A DNA stretch of 64,000 nt from Phyllosticta citribraziliensis. Taxonomy: Eukaryota. The stretch covers positions 682,001 to 746,000 of the forward strand of contig NW_027117346.1 in NCBI RefSeq assembly GCF_038025025.1. Reading direction: 5' to 3'. The translations under genes were made by a program, and so were the position numbers. The notes beneath the pieces are model-generated. The model was not told the origin of the DNA. It saw only the letters and a list, made by a program, of their open reading frames with translations, and made no database searches. Below are positions 13,191-26,803 of this stretch, piece after piece; position 1 is the first letter of the stretch, and every line of letters starts with the position of its first letter.

Positions 13191-13750
13191 TGAATGATTG
13201 TTCGGCTGCATCATTTCCATGCATCGCCTCGAGCTGGGAATATGGTCCTGGGTGTGGGAGATGGCAGGCGTTGGTAGTAGAATAATCAGCTATGAACGAA
13301 AATACAATGCATCAAAGGCCACGAGAGAGCATTACTTCCGCGTGTTGATTGTTTGATTCTACGAGAAATGTAGAGCAGGTTAACATGGTTAAAGCGCGTC
13401 AATGTTATTGACGTTTCTTTCGGAGACCAGTCCTTGAGGGAGAGATGTTGTCAAAGAATCCGCAGATCGCCGCAAATTGCAGACGATTACCCCAAAGAAA
13501 ATATCATGGGGAGGCTGGGCAGCTATTCAAGCTTCAAGGTGGTTAGACAGGTCGGGGCGTCGGTAGTCATCGGCCTCGGCCTATGGTCCCGCATTCGGGG
13601 CATTGTTCGCCCCGGCATCCCGGCAGAAATTCATGACGATTTGACTCATGGATTTGAGAAGACTCCACCATCTGCCACCGTATCTCAATTGCCTCTGCGC
13701 GCTCCCCCAGACTACGATCCCCAACCTACTTCGGACGATCGCTTTCAATC

Positions 13751-16202
13751 ATGGCCGACCACATTCGCAAGACGTTCCAGCAATGCAAGAAAGAGCAAAG
13801 GGTGCGTGCACGCGACTCTCGTCTCGGTCAATTTCGGTGTACTGATAAGTCAATAGGCGGCTCTCGTCACATACGTGACGGCTGGATTTCCCACGCCGCA
13901 GGAGACTCCTGATGTCCTGCTGGCCATGGAGGCCGGTGGTGCTGGTGAGTAGCAGCGAGTGTTCCAGCGCGTCACAAGTTGACTAACGGTATCCAGACGT
14001 CATTGAACTCGGCATGCCCTTTACTGATCCCATCGCCGACGGTCCTACGATTCAAAAGGCCAACACCGTACGTTGAAAAGGAAGGGACTCGGGTGCGAAT
14101 GGCAGCGGCTGACAGGAATCAACAGATTGCGCTCAAGCATGGAGTCAACACCCCTCAGGTCCTGCAGATGGTCCGCGACGCCCGCGCAAAGGGTCTCCGC
14201 GCTCCCGTCATGCTCATGGGATACTACAACCCGCTCCTCAGCTACGGCGAGGAGAAGATGCTTCAGGACGCCAAGGAGGCTGGTGTCAATGGCTTCATCA
14301 TTGTCGATTTGCCGCCCGAGGAGGCCGTGAGGTTCCGCAACTTCTGCTCGACCTACGGGTACGTTACATGATCGAACGACGGAGTATACCGCTGACTTGG
14401 GACAGACTTTCCTACATCCCCCTGATTGCCCCTGCGACCTCTGACGCCCGTATGCGCGTCCTGTGCAAGATTGCCGACTCGTTCATCTACGTCGTCTCCC
14501 GCATGGGCGTTACTGGTGCCAGCGGCAGCCTCAACGCTGCGCTGCCCGAGCTCCTCAACCGCGTACACAAATACTCAGGCAACATTCCTGCAGCAGTCGG
14601 TTTCGGTGTCAGCACAAGAGACCACTTCGTCAGCGTTGGTAAACTGTCCGAGGGTGTCGTCATCGGCAGTCAGATTATCAATGTCCTTGGCGCTGCTCCC
14701 GCTGGCGAAGGTGCAAAGAAGGTGCAGGAATACTGTTCATCCATCACCGGTCGTGGTCCCGGCCATAACGGTGTCAACGGTGTCACAAGGGAAGTCGGCA
14801 TCGTCGAGGCCGTGAACGAGGCTCGGGAGCCCGAGGGCGTCCAGGTGGACAAGGTCATCAAGGACAGCGACGTTCCCTCGGGTCCTGGTCTTGCAGACCA
14901 GATCGAGGCTCTCAATGTCGACGGTGCCAACCCTCAGGCTCTTCCTCCCCGCTTTGGCGAGTTTGGTGGCCAGTATGTCCCTGAATCACTCATGGACTGC
15001 CTGTCGGAGCTGGAGCAGGGCTTCAACGAGGCCCGGAACGACCCCAAGTTCTGGGAGGAGTACCGAACTTATTACCCTTACATGGGAAGGCCGGGCCAGC
15101 TGCATCTGGCGAACCGCTTGACCGAGTACGCTGGTGGCGCAAATATCTGGCTCAAGAGAGAGGATCTCAACCATACGGGATCTCACAAGATTAACAACGC
15201 CCTCGGACAGATTCTGCTTGCCCGCAGACTGGGCAAGACGGAGATCATTGCGGAGACTGGCGCTGGTCAACACGGTGTCGCCACCGCAACGGTGTGCGCC
15301 AAGTTTGGCATGAAGTGCACCATCTACATGGGTGCCGAGGATGTCAGACGTCAAGCCCTGAACGTGTTCCGCATCAAGCTTCTCGGCGCTCAGGTTGTGG
15401 CTGTCGAGGCTGGTTCAAAGACGCTCCGCGACGCCGTCAACGAGGCTCTCCGCGCCTGGGTCGTCAACCTATCCACCACCCACTACATTATTGGTTCTGC
15501 TATTGGACCCCACCCCTTCCCCACCATTGTCCGCACTTTCCAGTCCGTCATTGGCAACGAGACCAAGGAGCAGATGCTTGCCAAGCGCGGCAAGCTACCA
15601 GACGCAGTCGTTGCTTGCGTCGGCGGCGGCAGCAACGCGGTGGGCATGTTCTACCCCTTCTCCAACGACCCCAGCGTCAAGCTTCTCGGTGTCGAGGCCG
15701 GTGGTGATGGTGTCGACACTGCCAGGCACAGCGCCACGCTCAGCGGTGGTACCAAGGGTGTTTTGCACGGAGTGCGCACCTACGTCTTGCAAGACAGGCA
15801 CGGGCAGATTAGCGAGACTCATTCCGTGTCGGCTGGGCTCGACTACCCCGGTGTCGGGCCGGAGCTGTCGTCTTGGAAGGATTCGGAGAGGGCCAAGTTC
15901 ATCGCGGCGACGGATGCCGAAGCCTTCACGGGCTTCCGCCTCATCTCGCAGCTCGAGGGCATCATCCCCGCGCTCGAGACGGCGCACGCCATCTACGGGG
16001 CTATTGAACTGGCCAAGACGATGGAGAAGGACCAGGACATCGTCATTTGCCTTAGCGGCAGAGGCGACAAGGACGTGCAGAGCGTCGCCGAAGAGCTGCC
16101 CAAGCTCGGGCCTAAGATTGGTTGGGATCTGAGGTGTAAGTGTCCTTATCACGTCTTCTATAAAGTCGAGTTTAGTGCTAACGTCTTCGGCACACAGTCT
16201 AA
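13751..16202 (+). CDS. TRP5: Tryptophan synthase (fused alpha-beta chains)
   Basis: [49 protein letters not shown]-lysine motif [18 protein letters not shown] and [12 protein letters not shown]. Ends WDLRF* via a 5-nt final coding exon (16198-16202). 5 introns. Confidence 0.97.
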
Positions 16203-17740
16203 GCGGGGATCCTGTACAGGACGCCGGCGCGCGGGGACGGGTAGACGGCAGTGGAGGAGCGGATTGATACTTCTCTTGCACGCGACAAAAATAGAGCCGG
16301 TACCAGGGTGGTTGCAAGCAACCTTGTTCCGGTTGAGCCAAACGCAGCGAATGATTTCATCTGTGGCTGTGCCAGTCGACATCGGTGACGGTGAATTTGT
16401 GATTCGCTGGGGCGTGGGATCGGAATTGTGGGATGGCGAGTCCGAGACATGGGTTTCCGATCTCAGAGTGAAACCGGGGTCGTCAATGGCCTGACTGCAC
16501 GTGTGCCCTTCTTGTTTGTTGTGGTCGAGTGGACGTTGTCTACTTGGATACGCGCCTGAATGACGCACATTAACACGGCGCTACTCGGTGCTAGTTCGCC
16601 CATTCGGCCTGATGAGGAAGTTTTTATCGTGAGCAGTGGCTGGACTGGCACGTCTCCAGCCATCAGGTATTCCCCGGGCTTGTGGCGGTGTGGTCGTGTG
16701 TCGTGGAGCAGACCGGGAGGCAATTCCCCGTCTGAAACAATTCGCAGCGCAAGGTGTTGAGTCGGAAGCAGGCGGTCTGCCTATAGCAACCCACGGCGGG
16801 GCGGTAAACGGGCGTGGTGCGCCGGCATTATCCTCGATTGCTCCGCACTCGCGCCAGAAATGAGTGAGGCTGGGCTCTGGCATTGAAGCGGCGTCTTTGT
16901 CTTTTGCCAGAGTTTGAGCAGTGATAAGTGAGCAGAGCGTGTGTGGATTGGCGCGGAGGAGCGGATGGAGCGTCAATAAGGCTTTGTCCAGCCAGCTGAA
17001 GGCAAGTGGATGGCGGATGGTGGTTGACAAGTGTTGGCAGCGTTAACCGGGGTCGTGGCGCCTCCGGACCACACCCACACCCACCTCAGGGCCTTGACTG
17101 CCTAGACCGTTTCAAAAATAAAATGTTTGGACGACGATGAGCGGAGGGCAGGCGTTGGACCTGCACTGCTTCAGCATGCACGCCCGCCTGCAAGCCGTCG
17201 ACTGCTCCACCTGCATTTGTGCGACAGTTCCTACAATTATTCTCGCCGACGTCACGACGCTGTCCGTCTGTTCGTTCAGTTGTCCCTCTGGTCCCAAGAC
17301 TCCGATTGATCTACAGGGAGCGTCCTCGTCAAGGGCGCCGCCGCTCGCCCTGATCGCCGTGTAGACACACCTCATCCACGCCCACGCCCACGCCCACGTC
17401 CCCTCGCCGCTTCCCTCTCCCGCCGCCTCTCTAAACCTCGTCTCGTCTCGTCGTAGGGTGAACACCTCACCACAGCAACCCTCCGTCTCCACTCTTCGCT
17501 CTTCGCCCTCGACCGCCGACAGCCAACGCCCCAGACGCTCCCCACGACTTATGAAACTCACCCCCCGTTGACGCTCTCTGCTCGTCATTTTCTCGACTCT
17601 GCGTCACACCATCAACTGCCACAGCCGTCTGACAGCTCCATTCGGGACTAGTAACCATCAGCCCCAAGGACCCCGAATCTTCTAGCTCCGCTCTCGACGC
17701 CCGCATAGAGCCAGCCACCTTCCAACCCAATCCAGTCAAA

Positions 17741-20732
17741 ATGGACGGTGATTATTCCAGGCCGCTTACCGCTAGCTCGGACAACGATACTGTGAGTCCC
17801 CGTCCCCGCGTGGAGGAGGCTGCAAGGGAACTTTTGGCCCACGTCCAAACCAGGTCGCTAATGCCACCTTCCGTCGACAGGACAACTTCGAAGACGCGAA
17901 CACGGAAATGGCGAGATCAAACTCGACCGAACGCTCCTTGACTGCCCGCCCGCTCTCTACTGCTTCGTCCTCGACCGCCAATTACAACAACAAGCGGGAA
18001 GCCGACTCCCCCGCAAATATGCCCCCTACGCCCATCGAACATCTTTCTCCGAGCCCGCCTCCAGAGTCTCCAATCGAAGCCAGTGACGACGACAAGGACG
18101 AAGTTCCTCGGAAAAAGTCCCCCCCTCCGACTTCACACCCTCAAATTTCGACCGAGACTATGGACGAGGTCAACTTGGACGAAGGTAGGCACGCCGCCCA
18201 CACCAACAAGTCTTTAATCCAAGGGTTTCCAAACTCTCTTCACCGAGAGCTCGTGCCTGCGGCCGACGCGTGTGCTCGCAGGCGCCAACGCACTCTTCAA
18301 TTTTGACATGCGCCACGAACCCACTCGCTGATGCTCTGCAGAAGCCAAAAAGTCGCCCGAGCACTCTCGCACCACGACCCTCGAGTCTGCCCCACCGAAG
18401 ACTGTAGAGGAACCGACGATACCGGCCACTGCTCAAAGACCAGCTGTTCAGCTTTCACCGCCGCCCCCACCGCAAGAAAACAAGCCTCCACCTGCCGAAG
18501 AAAGACCAACCGCAAAGCGCACATTTACAAGCCCTTTCGCATGGATCGCTCGAGCCAGCGAAAAGAAGTCTTCACCGCCTGGCTCGGCTAGGGGTGATAA
18601 CAGCCGGCGCGGTACAAATGCGTCAGTCATGACCAATGGTAGCTCTGATCTCATGTTGAGCAGGCTCGAGGACAATGGTTTGTCGAGCAGCACAAGTCAC
18701 CCACGGTCAAGTCGGAACAGCTTGAAAGACCGTTTCAAATTTGCACGCATGCGGGAAGAGGCCGGAATCACTTTGGACGAGGACAACTTGCCAGACGCCG
18801 TCAAGATTTCTACGCCGAATTTCGCAAGCCCGGCCGACGATGGTGAAGGTCAAGCGTCGCCTCCAGGGGGCGGCGTAGCCAGCCCAGGAGGAACCGCCAC
18901 GTCTCTCGTCAATCCCACTCTTGCGCCCGGGACGGCGTCCGGTACAGCTCTCGGACCAGACGGTGATGCGGCGGCGCCAGTCGACTGGGACTTGTGGCAA
19001 TCGGTCGTCTACGAAGGTCCCGCGGCAGTGGCACGGACCAGCCCCGAGGAACTCAATGCCGCCATTGCGAGTGGAATTCCTCAGCCGATCCGGGGCGTCG
19101 TGTGGCAAGTCCTTGCGCAAAGCAAGAATGAGGGGCTGGAGGAGGTGTACCGGGAGCTGGTGAACCGAGGCACGGACCGCGAACGTGTTGCGTTGAACCT
19201 GCCCCAATTGAACCGCAACGACAGCAGCGCTGATGTCAGGAAGAACGAATCGGTGACATCGTCAGCATCTTCGGTCCACTCCAATTACTCGACTCCGGCG
19301 ACGACCACCACTGGCGGAACTGCTCACGGAAATGGCGTTTCGTCGCCCACAACCAACGGCCAAGACGGTGACATTAGTGACGCTACGGCAAAGCTGCAGG
19401 ACGAGAAGCGGAAAAAGGCCAAGGCAGAACAGGCGGCCGCCTTGGCAAAGCTTGAAAAGGCCATCAAGCGCGACCTTGGCGCGCGAACGAGCTACTCCAA
19501 ATATCTAATGGCTGCTGGGTTACAGGATGGGCTGTTCAACTTGTGCAAAGCGTATGCTTTGTTTGACGAGCAGGTCGGATACCCTCAGGGTGTCAACTTC
19601 ATCGCCATGCCTCTTTTGTTTAATGTGAGTACACCATTCGTCTGATCTGGGTAGCCGCTAACTGGTTTACAGATGCCAGAGGAAGAGGCGTTCTGTCTCC
19701 TGGTCAAGCTGATGAACAAGTACGGCCTCCGAGATTTGTTCATTCCAGACATGCCCGGTCTCCACCTCCACCTGTACCAGTTCGAGCGCCTGCTGGAGGA
19801 GTTTGAACCAGCACTGTATTGTCATTTGCACCGCCGCGGTGTCAACCCTCAGTTGTACGCCACGCAATGGTTCTTGACCCTCTTTGCCTACCGATTCCCG
19901 CTTCAGCTCGTTCTCCGCGTCTTCGACTTGATACTCAGCGAAGGCCTCGAAGGCGCGATTCTCAAGTTTGGTATCTGCCTGATGCAAAAGAACGCGCAGA
20001 CGCTGCTGGGCATGAAGGACATGTCACAGCTGACCACGTTCCTCAAGGAACGTCTTTTCGACGTCTACATTGACAAGGCACCAACGCAAAAGTCGCTTCT
20101 CGAGTCTGGCTTCTTTGGCAGCGCCGCGGGAGTCGACAACGAGACATATCGCGCCGACAGGCTCGTCCAAGATGCTTGTTCTGTCAAGATCACGCCCGAG
20201 ATGTTGCAAGTGTATCAGAACGAGTGGAGGGAAAAGCAGCATGCCGAGATGATGCGTGAGAATGAGCTTCTCGACTTGAAGTCTTCAGTCGCCTCTCTCA
20301 CCTCCAAGGTACGCACTCTGGAAGAGCGCGCAGAAAAGTCGGACACGGAGCACGTCGAGCTTGCTTCGGAACTCGTCCGGACAAAGGTCGAGAACGAACG
20401 TCTCGAAGACGAGAACGAGTCGCTCAAGGGCCAGGTCGAAGAATTGCGCAAGTTGGTGGACGCCCAGGCTGCCGACGTTGAGGCTCGCATGCAGGGTGAG
20501 CTTGAGGCTGCCATGGCCAGGAATGCCGAAGTCCACGACGCGAACCGAGCCCTAGAGGAGCAGCTTTCCGAGATGGAAAGAGAACTTGTAGAGACAAAGA
20601 TGCAGCATGCACAGGTAAGTTGTCCGACTCGATATCTACAAAACAGCTACTGATTCGTGATAGGTCCATTCGGATCACGAAACGCTTAAGCAGAAGTGGA
20701 GTAACATCCAAAGTATGCTTAACGCGCAGTAG
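17741..20732 (+). CDS. GYP5: Rab GTPase-activating protein, TBC domain with C-terminal coiled coil (Gyp5-like)
   Basis: Low-complexity N-terminus, GIPQPIRGVVWQ, IKRDLGART (Arg finger), VGYPQG (Gln finger), YATQWFLTLF and a coiled-coil tail. Introns at about 17792-17880, 18185-18281, 19625-19672 and 20615-20663. Confidence 0.9.
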
Positions 20733-23147
20733 TGGGTTCCCCGTTCGTAGCTACTTCCACCCCGTCTTACATATACATCATGTTCTTTCATGTCGTTGTA
20801 TCCTCTCTATACCACCCTGTCACCACTCCACCCGCCTTTCTTTCCTCTTTTCCGATCGTTCATCTCCGTATCTGGAGGCTTCGTCCACAACATGAATCCA
20901 ACGAACACATCGAGGAACCACCAGGCTTAACACGACATGCGCGTTCCGCGCTTCGCGCCGCTCCAGCATTCAGAAAACGGTACATTTCTCCGCTACCGCA
21001 TCCAGCCTGCCATCGTCGTCGACGACACCGTCTTCGCCCACGACGGGCGCCACGCCCCCGACCCTGACCCTCAACACGGGTCTCCCACTGCAGCAGCGTC
21101 GCAGCATCATCTACGCGCCCAACTCGCCGCACCGCCCTTCGCCCTCCGAGCTCTTTGGCGCCTTCGACCCGGCGCCGCATCCGCATGTGCGCCACCACTT
21201 ACACAGCAAGCCAGGCCACCGCCGCTTTGACTCGATTGACGAAAACGCCACGCTTTGGGACTGCGAAGACTTTGCCCTGCCAGCTAGCCCGATGACCACT
21301 GGCTTCAGCGGCGCGTCTATTGCTGATGAGGACGGCCTCTCGCTCTTTTCTCCTACAACCAACGGCACGACGGGCGATGATGCTGCGGTCTCTGGTGCTG
21401 CTGCGGTCGGGGAGCATTCATCCTCTTCGTCGCAGAGTACTGCTGCTCGACAAAGCATCAGTACCACTACCAAGCGCACTTCGACGTCATCGTTTGCATC
21501 TTCTTCCGTTTCGGCGAAGCGGCATAGCAGCAGTGTCGGTCTCGCACCGCTGTCGCAGCGCCACCGCGCTAGCGTTTGCCCGTTTGAAGCCGTCGCGCCG
21601 CCTGGCGAGGACGATGCCGATGACCGCAAGGCGTTGAAGAGGGGGAGCTTGTTTGTTGGGTAGGGAGCTATTTAGCTGGCGTATGGGTGGTTTTGCTTTG
21701 GGGTGAGTCACGTTTTTCTCTTGATCTGGGTGGGCATCGTGGGTGATGGGGTGTGGGTTATGCTGGACGAAGCATTTGCATGAGGGCAGTGGGCATGATG
21801 GGGGAAAAAAATGGATTGGTGGTCTTGATGGCCTTGGGGTATCGGCTTCGTGAGGACATTAAAGGGGGTTTCTTTTTCTTGTGCATTGATATTGTCATTT
21901 TCGTCTTTGGGGTGTTTTGTCAGTGGTCTGCGGAGGGAGGGAGAGGCAGGAGAGGTCCAGGACAAGCAGTCTATCAACGTGGTTTGATACTTCACTGAAA
22001 TTGGCCGATCCTTTCGCACTGCTCCAAGCAGTCAGCCAGGCTGGCAGGAACATCTCTCCAGGCCTTTTCGTTGACAGTATTCAAATGAGTCTTCACAGTA
22101 AGCGGCGCAATTGTGGGTACTGGGTTGGCACACAGGGCGTTCCTCTTTTTCTCTATTTAGGTAGTTGGGACTTGAAAGGCTTTTTTCTCTCCTCGTCCCA
22201 GTTTATCCATTTGGTATGATTTGGGTGCTGGGTGTATTTGGATGTGTGGGTGTGGAATGCTGTGTTGGATGCGTGCGCATTTGCTACGTGTGGTTGAAGC
22301 AGGATTTCCCAGGGAATATTGAAAACGGCATAGGAGTACGGGCAAGGCAATCAATTACTCACTCACCGGTCAGTAGAGTAGGGGTGCGTCGTGGTAGTAG
22401 GGACACAGACAGATCAGACAAATAGCACTCGCAGGCCCGATCGCCCATTTCCCGCCACCAGCAGAGCAACCGATGCATGTGTATGTAGGTAGGCACCGGT
22501 ACGTAGATGCGAGCGAGTAGGGTGTCTCCTCCCCTCCCCTTCCCCTGCCTTCCCTTTTTCTCTCCTCTCTCAGCTTCTCTCATACCCTCTGATTCGCCCG
22601 GCCGTGCTCATCGTCGATTTAGGCTGCATTCCACACGTTCACGCCTTCGCGCATTCCAGACATGTGCATGTGCCAGCGGCGGGTGAGTGAGTGCCCCGGT
22701 TACCCGCCAACCACCTACTTGAGTGCTCGCGAGCAACGGTCCGGTCCGTGGCGTGGCGTGGCGGGGCGTGGCGCTGCCGTATCACCACGCTCATCCGTCC
22801 TGTACTGGTCAAGGGAGAGAGGAGGTCATGCGTGTATTGCCATAGGGCTGCCGCGGCAAGATTGGCGAGTTGTGATGGAGAAAGGAGACGAGAAACGGCA
22901 CGGCATATGACGGACCAGAAGTGGCCGTGCAAATGCATTGATTGCTTGCCTGGCCGACTGTGTGGCTAGCTAACTCGCAACCGGTAGTAGTCCTCGGTGA
23001 GAAAACAAGGAAAAGGCAGTGCTCAAATGATGGACAAGACGAAGCGAAGCGAAGCAAGATAAAATCGCAAGAAAAAAACGAGCGAAAAATCGAAGACTGG
23101 AAAGACTGGAAAGACTGGCTGGCAATAGCAATGGCGATGCGTGCATG

Positions 23148-23150
<3 letters not shown>

Positions 23151-23178
<28 letters not shown>

Positions 23179-23190
23179 CGCTGCCGCTGC
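23151..23190. repeat. (CTG)n/(CTGCCG) microsatellite
   Basis: About 9 tandem CTG units followed by CCGCTG variants. Confidence 0.9.
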
Positions 23191-23607
23191 AAGCCAAAGG
23201 AAAACAAAGTAAGGGTGCGTTTAGATATACCTGGTTTGCTATAGATCGGGGGATTTATAAAGGGGGTGTTGGTAGATAATGTTGGAAAAAAGCAAAAGTA
23301 CTTGGGGGAGAGGGAAGGGAAATTCGTGGCTCATTACCGCCTCTCTCTGCCTGCCTGCCTCTGCCTGCCTCCTTTTGTAGATGTTGTTGTGATGTGAGTG
23401 TGAGAAAGGCCCAAAACAAAGGGGGGGAGGGGGGCCAGTCGGTGAAGGCGGTGGTGGTTGGTTAGTTGAAAGCGAATGATGAAATGACAGCTGAGCGAAT
23501 AACGACAGACGACGACGATGCGAGAGACGAAAGGGACAGTGATGGAGGATACGACGACCGCCTTCTTCTCCAGCCACATGCACATGATGCACATCCTCGC
23601 GCATACA

Positions 23608-23635
<28 letters not shown>
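23608..23635. repeat. (CT)n microsatellite
   Basis: About 13 CT units just downstream of the LPMO stop codon. Confidence 0.9.
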
Positions 23636-23639
<4 letters not shown>

Positions 23640-23659
23640 ACTTACCCCAGCCGCCTACC

Positions 23660-25577
23660 CTACGCAGCGACAATCTCGCTGTCCCTACACGTCGTCCCCT
23701 CAGCAACATCGCCCATATCAATCCACCCACCATGATCACACACGGCAAACCCCATGCCGCCATCGCTCTCGGGCACGCACTGGACGTCGCCGTCGTCAGC
23801 GCAGTCGCCGAACGGGCGCGCCCGCACGTATCGGTCGTCGCGGGAGCCGTCGGGCGACAGGAAGGGCAGGCACATCATGCCGGGCGCGACGGGGCGGCTC
23901 CAGCCCCACGCCCAGCCGTTGTCGGTGCTGATGTTGAAGAGCTCGGCCGGCTGGTTGCATGTGTAGAAGGCGGATTCGCTGCCGCAGAGGAAGGCGCCCG
24001 GCGTGCAGGGGATATAGGGCGATCCGGCTGCGTTGGGGTCCGATGTCACGTACGGAGGGTGGGCGGAGCCCGTTGCCGTGGCCGGAGCCGTGGCCGTCGG
24101 GGGCGAGTCGTCGCTGGCAGGCGTCGAGACGTAGGGCGTTGTTTCGGCGAGGTTGGTGATGACTGGTGGGAAGGAGAAGGAGGGGCTGCTGGTGGGCGTG
24201 GGAGAAGAGCCTGGGTTTTGTTAGAATGCTGAGAGTTGGGGAATGGTGTTGGAACTTACTGCTGCTGCTGCTGCTAACGACAGTGCTCAACGTGCTCAGT
24301 CCCAAGCCTCCACCAACACAGGTGGTGGTGCAGGCATTGACAGGAGAGCAGGTAGCCGGTGCAACGCAGTCGCAGCTGACGAGCGGTGCGGCGCAGGTAG
24401 ACGCCGGCGCTGGCGCCGTGTAGGTCGAAATGATGGTCGGACGAGGAGGGCAGCTCGAGCTCGAAGAAGCGAGAACGGTGCTGCTGGGAGAAGAGGTGCT
24501 GGCAGTCGAGACGCCCTCAACGAAATTGGCAGCAGATGAAGAAGACCCAGAAGTCAGGACGCTCTCGATGAAGTTGTTAATCACGGCCGAGGTCTCTGAC
24601 TCGGATCCAGACGTGATGGAGACGGTCGTGGTGCTCGTGCTCGAAATGGTCGTGGAAATCGAGGTGGAAGAAGAGCTCGAAGACTGGGTCAGAACGGAGT
24701 TGATGAAGCCGTTGATGGCGGACGACGCTGAGGGAGAGCTGGACGAACTCGAAGACGACGACGACTCTGCCGCCGCCGCCGCCGCATTCTCCGCCATGGC
24801 AATGCCGCTGTTGCTGTTGGTCTTGGACGAAGACTGCTTTTGCGCGTTGGAGCTCGATCCGCTCGCGCCACAGGTCGAATCCGGGATTTCGCAACTGCCC
24901 TTGAAGGCCGGCGACGAGGCAGTCTCGGTGCCGTCATACTCGACATCGGGTCCAGGGTTCGGGTAGACGGCGTCAGTCCCTTCAGGGACCACGCAACTGT
25001 TGATGCTGTCCAGATTGGCGACAAAAAGATTGGGCAGCGAGCACAGATTGCCCGAGCCGCTGTTTTGAATGTTGACCACGGCGCAGTTCATGTAAAACTC
25101 GCGGTTTCCCGTGTGGTTTATCCACGTCCAGGCGAAGATTGCTTTGCCGGCCGGCGCCGCCTCTGGCATCTGAAAGTCATACGTCGCCGTGCCCATGGTG
25201 GGACAGCCACCAATGATGCTCTTAATGACCTTCCACGTCTTCCCCGAGTCGTAGGATAGTGACAGCTGGCAGGAGCCGCCATTGTGGACTGCACTTCCGG
25301 CGAGGCTCACAGTGTAGTTTTGGCCGGCTTGATACTTGGCAGTGGCAGTGAGACCAGACAGCTTCGAGGTCATGCCCTGGCAGGGGAAATTCGAGCCGCT
25401 CGACTCCAGGGGGGAGGTAATGTCGTAGTCGCGAAGGCCGGCATTGGAAGCTTTGGGGCTATCCCAGGGCAGAGGGTTCGTCATTTGTACATGTGCGCGC
25501 ACAGTGGGTAGCAGCGCGCTGCTACATAGCGTCGTGAGGAGTAGAGAGCGAATGGAACGGTGGTTAGATAAACTCAT
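23660..25577 (-). CDS. Secreted lytic polysaccharide monooxygenase, AA11-like, with Ser/Thr linker and Cys-rich C-terminal putative carbohydrate-binding module
   Basis: The signal peptide ends VRA|H (His1). Motifs FPCQG, HNGGSCQLSLSYD and WTWINHTGNREFYMNCA. An intron at 24211-24259 joins the gene to the C-terminal exon PYIPCTPGAFLC...FAVCDHGGWIDMGDVAEGTTC. Confidence 0.88.
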
Positions 25578-26243
25578 GATGGGCGAACGACAGACGCAAG
25601 AAACGAATGAATGTGATGGGGATGTGATGCTGGAGTGGAACGAGAGCCAGATGGCAGTCTTAAGAGAGGCCAGCAAGGAGAAATCCTTCAGCCCCCTTCG
25701 CCTCGTCGAGGGTGGAATTGACCAGACGCGTCACGGCGAAGTAGGACGAATCGGCCTTGGCTAGAGCAAAGGTCGAACATGTTCAGCCACACAGCCACCG
25801 GGACTGCTTCTGGCCAGCTCGCACATTTCTGACACGGTCTTGACTGGTCTGTTGGTCAGCCGGCGGGAGTGTTGCATCGCTCAGGGTGGCTGTGGGACGG
25901 GTGCTGCAGATTTTCAGGTGATTCGTGTGGTCCCAAGACACATTCTTCATCCCTTGAAAGTAAGGAATGGCCGTCCACCCCTGCTCTAGCCACCTCCAAG
26001 ATCGCAAGAGGTCAAAAGAGAACAGTTCACAAATAGCATGGAGCGGATGATCCCGCGCTATTGCAGCGTGAACATGGCGTCGGGGCGCCCATCGCCGGCC
26101 ACACTAACGAAAGAACCGCATTCCATGACCTAACTGCTTCTCTTTTTTGCTCTTGAAAGAATCCACCAGGCAGACCCTGACCGTACGAGGACCAACGCCA
26201 CCCAGCCCGACTGCGGAGCGGACGACCCGCCACGGCATTCGAC

Positions 26244-26803
26244 TCAATCCACGAGAAACTCTTCGATATCTTTGTCACTGTCGGCATCTCTTTGAGACTT
26301 GAGACGTTCCTCTTGCTTGACCAGCAGGTCGCGAATCATCTTTCTCTGCCGCAGGCGCGCCGTCCGGCCCCAGTCATTCTTTTCCTCCTCTTCGCTGTCG
26401 CTGTCCACGCCGGGAATCGCAATCTTCTTTTCTAGTTCATTCCTCCTGGAACCGCCGCGTAGATCGGCGGCCGTCGCGCCGCGTCCGTCTTGCTCACCGT
26501 CCATGGTCGCTTGCGAGTCTTTCTGGTGCTGCTTCATCTGCATGTGGGCTCCGAGCTTCATCAGGTATGGCCGCAACAGCGCGTACGCGCCGATGATGAC
26601 AACCAGACGAATGTAATCCTGAGCGCGGAGGTTGGTGAACTGTGTCAAAGTTAGACGCGTTCATCAACGAAGAAGCAAGACGAACGCACGGTCTTGTGTG
26701 TCTGGGTCGTGAAGTTGTTGCCCCAGGTGGAGAGTAATGTCATGATGTCCGGCGTCGAGCCGGGGGTGCTGGTCTGTGTCGAGCGCGGTGGTACGTCGGC
26801 CAT
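26244..26803 (-). CDS. PGA2: ER protein-trafficking protein Pga2-like, 1 intron
   Basis: TWGNNF.../FTNLRAQDYIRLVVIIGAYALLRPYL (single TM), WGRTARLRQRK and C-terminal DSDKDIEEFL. Intron at about 26640-26689. Confidence 0.8.

Noticed and set aside
16136..16494. Apparent ~120-aa C-terminal extension of tryptophan synthase in the 708-aa ORF
   Set aside because: A canonical GTAAGT...GCTAAC...CAG intron restores the usual WDLRF* end, so the extension is intron read-through in the ORF track.
16158..17030. Minus-strand ORFs of 149 and 136 aa downstream of TRP5
   Set aside because: No recognisable domain, non-ATG or weak starts, and overlap with the TRP5 3' end. They cannot be supported as genes.
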